Assembly (NCBI RefSeq): GCF_025526975.1
Contig: NW_026515683.1
Span: forward strand, 558,001 to 622,000
Direction of reading: 5' to 3'
DNA from: Fimicolochytrium jonesii
Taxonomy: Eukaryota
Length of the DNA: 64,000 nt
Positions 58,247 to 64,000 of this stretch are shown piece by piece. Made by a program: the position numbers and the translations under genes. The stretch's first letter is position 1. Each line of letters begins with the position of its first letter. The notes beneath the pieces were generated by a model, which saw only the letters and a list, made by a program, of their open reading frames with translations, was not told where the DNA came from and searched no databases.

Positions 58247-61200
58247 CTATCGCAGTGGACCTGTTGCGGACCCCCGACTCGCATCCGCCTTCCGTTTCTT
58301 CTTCTCCTCCTCCTTCCTTGTCTTTCTTTTCAGCTTTTTCTTCCAGTGCTTCCCTCTTGCCTTCGGTTCGGTCCCGGCGGACGAAGAGTCGGGCCTGATG
58401 GCCTGTCCTTTCGACGAAACTGCCTGGGTAGTCGTGCCGGTGGCCCTCTGAATGGGCTCCGCGAGATGCATGTGTTTTTTTTGGGCAGCCTGGAGAAACA
58501 GGGTAGGCTTCCGCTTGAAGTCCAGCTTGAAACCCGTGGAGAGCTGCTTCGAATTCACCACTGGTGTGACTATCTCCATTTCCCGAACGAAAGCGCCTAG
58601 CAGACTCTTCTTGCCAAGTCCGGCTCGAAAGAGTGACATATGGGCGACGATGACTAGTTGATCTTTGGCGCGGGTGAGGGCCACGTTCATCCGCCGCTTG
58701 TTCCTGAGAAATCCCGGCTCAGTCGTCCGAACCGCACTGAAGATGATCACGTCAGCTTCTTGACCCTGCACCGTATCGACAGTGTGAACGCGCTCGTCGG
58801 CGAAAGCTAGCTTGACGTCGGTTTTGCCTTGACAGTGACGATTGCGGATGGCGTCGCGGAGGCGATTGGCGATGAGTTCTTTCTGAGCATTGTATGGAGT
58901 TATTATCAGAAACTCTCGGGTCAGAAACTGGTTGAAGATAACCTGCACGACAGCGTCGGCCTCCCGAAGGTTCTAAACACCAATCAGAGCGAGTGTCAGC
59001 ATTGCCCCGCGTCGGTGCAAATCACGGGTCGGGCTTCTTACTGTAAACCCCGTCCCCGACGTCTGCTCCGTACCGTCCGTAACATCAATCAGCGCGACAG
59101 TGCAAACCTCCCGCGGCTTCTTATGCGACGCCAACCTGTCGTTGTACACGGTGCCAGAGATGAACGCCCCCAGATCGCATGGCATCCTGTACTGGATGTT
59201 AAGCATGACATCGCTTTGCAACCTCTCGAAAACGCTCTCCACCGCCGGGTGCTGTTCGCTTCCAAAGGGCGCCAGCTGCTTAGGGTCGCCGACAAAGGTG
59301 AGGCGTTTGAGCGAGCCCTGATACAAGGTAAGCACGTGTTGGAGATTGGCAAGGCAGATTTGCGATGCTTCATCAATAACTAGGTGAGTTACGCGGCGGC
59401 GTTGCAATATGTTGATTATGTTTGAGTTCGAGAGCTGGGAAAGGGAGCACAGGACCACGGTCCGCGGACCGATCAACTTGTCGAAATTCTGGCTTCTGGT
59501 TTCTGACGACTGGATGACGCGGTCGCGGATCTTCTTATACTGATCTTCGTGCCACTGCGCTAGATAGTTAGCACCATACGTTATCAAAACTAACCATTGC
59601 AAGCCCGAAGTTTGCCTTACCTCCACGAAGAAATTGTCAGACACGACAATCCTGAAATCACTTACCCCACGTTTCAGCAGCGTCACGGCCAGGTTTCTCG
59701 TAGCCGCATTTGTCTGACAGGTGAGCACGTAGAAGTGGTGTTCGGCCGAGGAAATGCTGGCTGCAACTGCGGCTGTGATGGCAAAAGTTTTCCCTGTTCC
59801 CGGCGGTCCTGTCAGCGGGAGAGGGAGGACAAAGAACACAAAAGCTGTCAGACTCGGGCGTTCAACGATGGTGCGACAACATAGGACCTCACCATGAATT
59901 AGACTGAGCGGCTTTTGCGCACTTAGCATCGTATTCACGGCTTTCGTCTGTGATGGGTTCAGGTCGTGCCCTGAAACGTCGTAAGCCGGCGGGGCGGTTC
60001 CCAGAGGTTGTTTCTGGCTTAAGAAGAGGGTGGCAAAAAAGGGGACGGTAGACGTGTCCAGCTGGCCGTGTAGGACAAGTTTCACCCACACTTCTCTGCG
60101 AAAGAAGTCAGCAGAGTTGGGTATATTGATAGTCATACTCCCCTTTAGAGCTGAGAAAGGTTTCAGCAGGTTACCTCAAAAAGCTGTCCGCGCCCCTTGA
60201 GCCGCCCTGCTCAACTACCGTGATGTTTTTCACAACGTACACCCCCGTCAGCTGATTGTCAAGCTTCACCGTCTTGGTCTTTCCATACTTTCCATGTTCA
60301 ACCTTGCCAGGGAGCACCTGCCCAGAGGCGAGGTGGAACAGAACAACGTCCTTGAACTGGAGTTTGTTTCGAAACTGGGAGTTGAGGACGTCGTATTTAC
60401 CGTCCTGGCGCAGGATTACCGTGCTGAACTTGCTGTCGTACTGCTTTTGCTGCATATCTTCGATGGCAAGGACTGCGCTGTTTTGGTCCGCAAGCGCGTT
60501 CAGTAACCCAGGATCGATTCTCGTCAAGTCCAGCACCATAGCGCTGGCAATCTTCGAAGGGTCGTGAGTGCCAACTTTGTAAGAAACCCAAGCGTCTAAG
60601 ACACCGTAGCAGAGTTGAGCCTCGGTGAGGGGGACGCCAACCCATCTGGATGTCGTCGTGGCTTTATCCTTCCGGAGCGGCTGGCCCGGAGGGAGGTACA
60701 TCTCCGAAAACAAGGTGAACAGTCCCTTAGTGTCACGATTGGTGGATTTCAGCGTAGCTGGACTGTAAAGGTGTGTGAGATCGATGCCACCTCGCAAAAT
60801 ATGACCAAAGTTGCTGAAAAGAAGTAAGGCGTCCTTTGTGAGTTCGCAGCCCGTTTTCCGAATTGCGGGGTCCCGGAAAAGAGCATCCAGGGCTTTGTTG
60901 GGGCTTCTGCGGCGGTGCGTGTTTTTCGACGGCTTGCCAACGACAACGAGCAGGCACCGAGCGTTCGTAGCCAGCTGGACGAGGCCAAGCAAAGGCCCGT
61001 CGAACTCGGTGTCCAGGCCGATGAACCGCAAGCCGTCGGGTGTGTTTGAAGGTGCAGAGGCAAGCAGCCAAGAGGTATGACCGTGGGAAACTTCGTCGTA
61101 TCTGACGGTCTGCGTAAGGACCGAGGGCTGCGGTTTGAGGCCCGGGATCCTAGCGATGGTTGTTGCGACACCAGCGGTAGCGGCCGCGCTTTGTACAGGA

Positions 61201-61358
61201 GCGGAAGTGGCGGTCGTGTCCGGGAGCCGGGCGGGTATGGAGTTTGCTACAAAGCCCACCAGCGGCTGCTTAGAAACGAGCCGGTCGCGGCAGACGGGTG
61301 TCCGCGGTGGAAGCAACGGTTCTTCTTCTTCTTCTTGGTGGCTGCAGCAAGCACCCAT
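58247..61358 (-). CDS. DEDDy 3'-5' exonuclease fused to a Upf1/DNA2-like SF1 helicase, with N-terminal MGACCS motif; 5 exons, ~937 aa
   Basis: Exons 61358-60175, 60095-59893, 59808-59621, 59554-59042 and 58972-58247 sum to 2814 nt in frame. Exo I GLDTE, Exo II TKDA, Exo III YGVLDAW. Helicase motifs GPPGTGKT, IDEASQ, VGDPKQL, QYRM, ITPYNAQ, TVDTVQGQE, NVALTRAK. Confidence 0.88.
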
Positions 61359-61703
61359 TATGATTCTCTGGTCTCCTGCAAGATCCGTGCCCGCTGCGGT
61401 TGCTGGGCTGTAGGAAGACTTCACGATGGCCTCCACCGTGGTAATAGGTGCCTGCCCGACGTCTTTGCCACGTAACCGTAGCTGCTGATGGATTGCGATA
61501 TGCGTCAAATTCGGTTCTACGCCAGTCGCGCTTGTCGCTGATTCTGCTGAGGTGCCGAGCGCTGTGACTGCCGTTGCCTCCGAAGTTCAGGAAGTCGTAA
61601 GTGCCTGCAGTGCATGGTGCAGGAGATCCCGTTTGCAGAGAGTTGTTTTTCGTTTGGGAGTGGAATATAACTACATAACCCTACCATAACAACACGCTCC
61701 GCA

Positions 61704-61779
61704 CCCTAACCCTAACCCTAACCCTAACCCTGCCGGCCAGTTCGGGCTGGGTGTTACTAACCCTAACCCTAACCCTAAC
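61704..61779 (+). repeat. Interstitial telomeric repeats (CCCTAA)n, two tracts
   Basis: (CCCTAA)4CCCT at 61704-61731 and CTAA(CCCTAA)3C at 61757-61779; another CCCTAACCC near 61968. Confidence 0.9.
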
Positions 61780-62190
61780 TGGTGGATAGCAAACACGAGG
61801 GCGTGACTATAGAAATGGCCGACTTAAGTGTACAGTATGTGAACATAAACCTAGATACACCAGTGATTGAGTCAGTGTCCGTGCGCAACTGCGGCGGCTG
61901 GGGCAAGGGGCTGGCCAAGCTCGGACGCGTGTATCCAGCTTTATGTTCACATACTGTACTAGTCTGACCCTAACCCGAGTTATTCACATTTAGCACGAGT
62001 TACTCACTTTCTAGAATCTAGCCATTCCCAAACGCGTCGTCCCGCTTACATAAGGCGCTTGTAAGTTGCGCAGAAGGCCGAATGACGAGTCTACGTATAA
62101 AAAGCGATCTACTTTCCTTGCCCTCCGTACATACTGTCCACGCATTCCCCGCCAGACAGTCACCGCGCGCTTCGAACAGTCAGTCCTAAG

Positions 62191-64000
62191 ATGGCGTCCG
62201 ACAGCGAGTGTGAGGTGCTGGAGCAGGACGCCGAAAAATACTTCCACGCTATCGTACGGCTCTTCGGTGATAATTCTCTCACCCCAAGCGCGTTCATTGA
62301 CGAGCTATTCGAGGACAATAAGGCAGCGGCGATTGCGTACGGGGCAACAAACGCTCTAACACTTTATAAGGCACTGTTGAACCGGCTATTAGAACATGCA
62401 AACAGCCTGTACGTCACAGCAAAGAAGGAACAGGAGGCAGATCAGACCGCAGTCACCCGAGCGCTAGATTACTTGAAAAGAATCAAGAGGTTCATAGATA
62501 GCAAGGCAAGTGCACCTCATCGAGTTCTTCCCCATTACCCCATTAGATAGGGTCATTCAGTCGTACTCCCTCACCCCGTATGAGCGCAATGCTTCCAGGG
62601 CGGGAGGTTAAAGCGAGTGGCGCGAAATGCGTCCAAAGTGCACGGCTGCGATGGCGGGTCTGGTACTCCCTCACCCCGTATGAGCGCAATGCTTCCAGGG
62701 CGGGAGGTTAAAGCGAGTGGCGCGAAATGCGTCCAAAGTGCACCGGACCCTTCCTCAAGCACAATCTCTCATCTTTGTTTTGCCACTCTCGTGATTACTG
62801 ACATCACCTCCCGCGTCAGGCCAACAATGATACAAAGTTCTTTACAACCTACTTCGAAGAGGTTGCCTCACGGCCCAAAAACAACAGAGTTTTCACATCG
62901 GGAATGTGCACACTCGCCGGCCGGGTCGCTTCCGAGCTTGGCCCGAAGCGTGCTCTCAGGCCAGAGCGACACCTGGCCTCGCCACCAGAACGGATCGCAC
63001 CAAAGCGACGGAAAACCAATGTGCGCGGTTCAGGCAAGCCGAACATCAAAACACCGAATAAATTTGAGTTACGCCCAGTACTGAAGGAGTGAGTCAATGG
63101 AGAGTTACTGGGTTGCGTCCTCTGCTGCGCAATGCTGAAGATCTCCCTCCCTGACAGGCTACTGGCGGTCGAAATTATACCAGTACTGAAGAGCCGACGA
63201 CAGGAATTACCGAACTATCCGGAGCTCCTGAAAGAGCTGGAGTCATACCAGTTTATTACTTACGTAGATGAATGCATACGTGAATGGATTTTGAAGCTGG
63301 CAGCGGTACGAGCGTCGGACGCATGCGTCTCGCACTTTGATCAGCTCACTGAGTCGGGCTTCACTCTTAGCTGGAAATTCACGAAGCTGGGGTGAGCTTC
63401 AAGGACAACCTAGTGGAATACTCAAATGAGAGGCATAAACATATCGCCTTTCACACGCTGTTCCAGTGTAAGTATGATCGTCTCCTCAAAATCAGCGGGA
63501 TACAATCTCACCCTTGCCGAATAGTTTTTTCGTTGGTGCGTTTCTATCCCTATGCATCCTTACCTACGCATGGATCGGAACGGAAGTTCCTTGTTGAGCG
63601 CATTACCCAACTGTTATCCCTGTTGGAGCATCGCACCGGTGAAGTGCGCTGGGCCTACATTGAAGCGCAGGCAACGTCGACCCTGCAGATCCAGGAAGTA
63701 ACGGGGTCCCGCTCGTCGACGTATCACGTGGATGTTCTGGGTTGTTCTGCAGAGAACCAATATGAAGTTGTCTTTGTTGAGCAATCGGGCGGGCCAACCA
63801 GTCGTGATCAGACGCACTGCCTAGATGACTCGGAAGAGTTGATTAATGAAGCGATCAACGGGCTAAGGGCAATATTATGCGAGAACTTGGACGCGCCCAT
63901 TAAGAGCGCCGGGAAGTTGCGAACGTATTGTATACAAGTCATACGTAAGTGTGGAAACTTTGGGAAAGGTATATATCCCCGAGTACTAACTTAGATGTCA
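62191..64000 (+). pseudogene. PD-(D/E)xK (REase-fold, Crinkler-effector-like) protein, multi-exon, probably disrupted, 3'-partial
   Basis: SERKFLVE.I...L...W..IE, VDVLG....YEVVFVEQSG, H..DD..L, YCIQVI pattern. Confidence 0.5.
62563..62743 (+). repeat. 81-bp direct repeat with a 100-bp period
   Basis: GTACTCCCTCACCCCGTATGAGCG...GTCCAAAGTGCAC at 62563 and 62663. Confidence 0.9.

Overview
Eukaryotic genomic DNA with many short GT-AG introns and TTAGGG-type telomeric repeats. The host is most likely a flagellated (chytrid-like) fungus, since it carries a FAM92/CIBAR ciliary BAR gene together with fungal-type ABZ1 and an EF-hand MscS gene. Housekeeping genes: aminodeoxychorismate synthase (5'-partial), APC11, a Ras-family GTPase, MAT1/TFB3, an MscS-like channel, mitochondrial bL27, a TPR-like protein, NAP1, a small single-TM protein, a LAMMER kinase and FAM92. 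Between the divergent MAT1 and MscS genes sits a 15,450-bp Maverick/Polinton-type insertion (7719-23168). It has AGTAGT...ACTACT termini, ~555-bp near-identical TIRs, a perfect 6-bp TSD (CAAACG), a Polinton-type rve integrase and small intronless orphan ORFs, but no recognisable pPolB, ATPase or capsid gene. Its core is instead a DIRS-like RT fragment plus a ~9.8-kb quasi-palindrome of two inverted, defective Ty3/Gypsy copies, which show a self-priming PBS and a -1 frameshift signal. The last ~20 kb (43.6-64 kb) is an accessory mosaic of fragments and local duplications: a possible Fanzor remnant, a zincin pseudogene, a MITE, RING and Ulp1-like fragments, gypsy scraps, a SPRTN-like pseudo-protease, a divergent histone-H3-fold ORF cut off by telomeric repeats, interstitial CCCTAA tracts and a REase-fold gene. 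It also holds one apparently intact 5-exon gene fusing an MGxCC acylation motif, a DEDDy 3'-5' exonuclease and a Upf1-like SF1 helicase. All homology calls are from motif recognition by eye; no searches were run.
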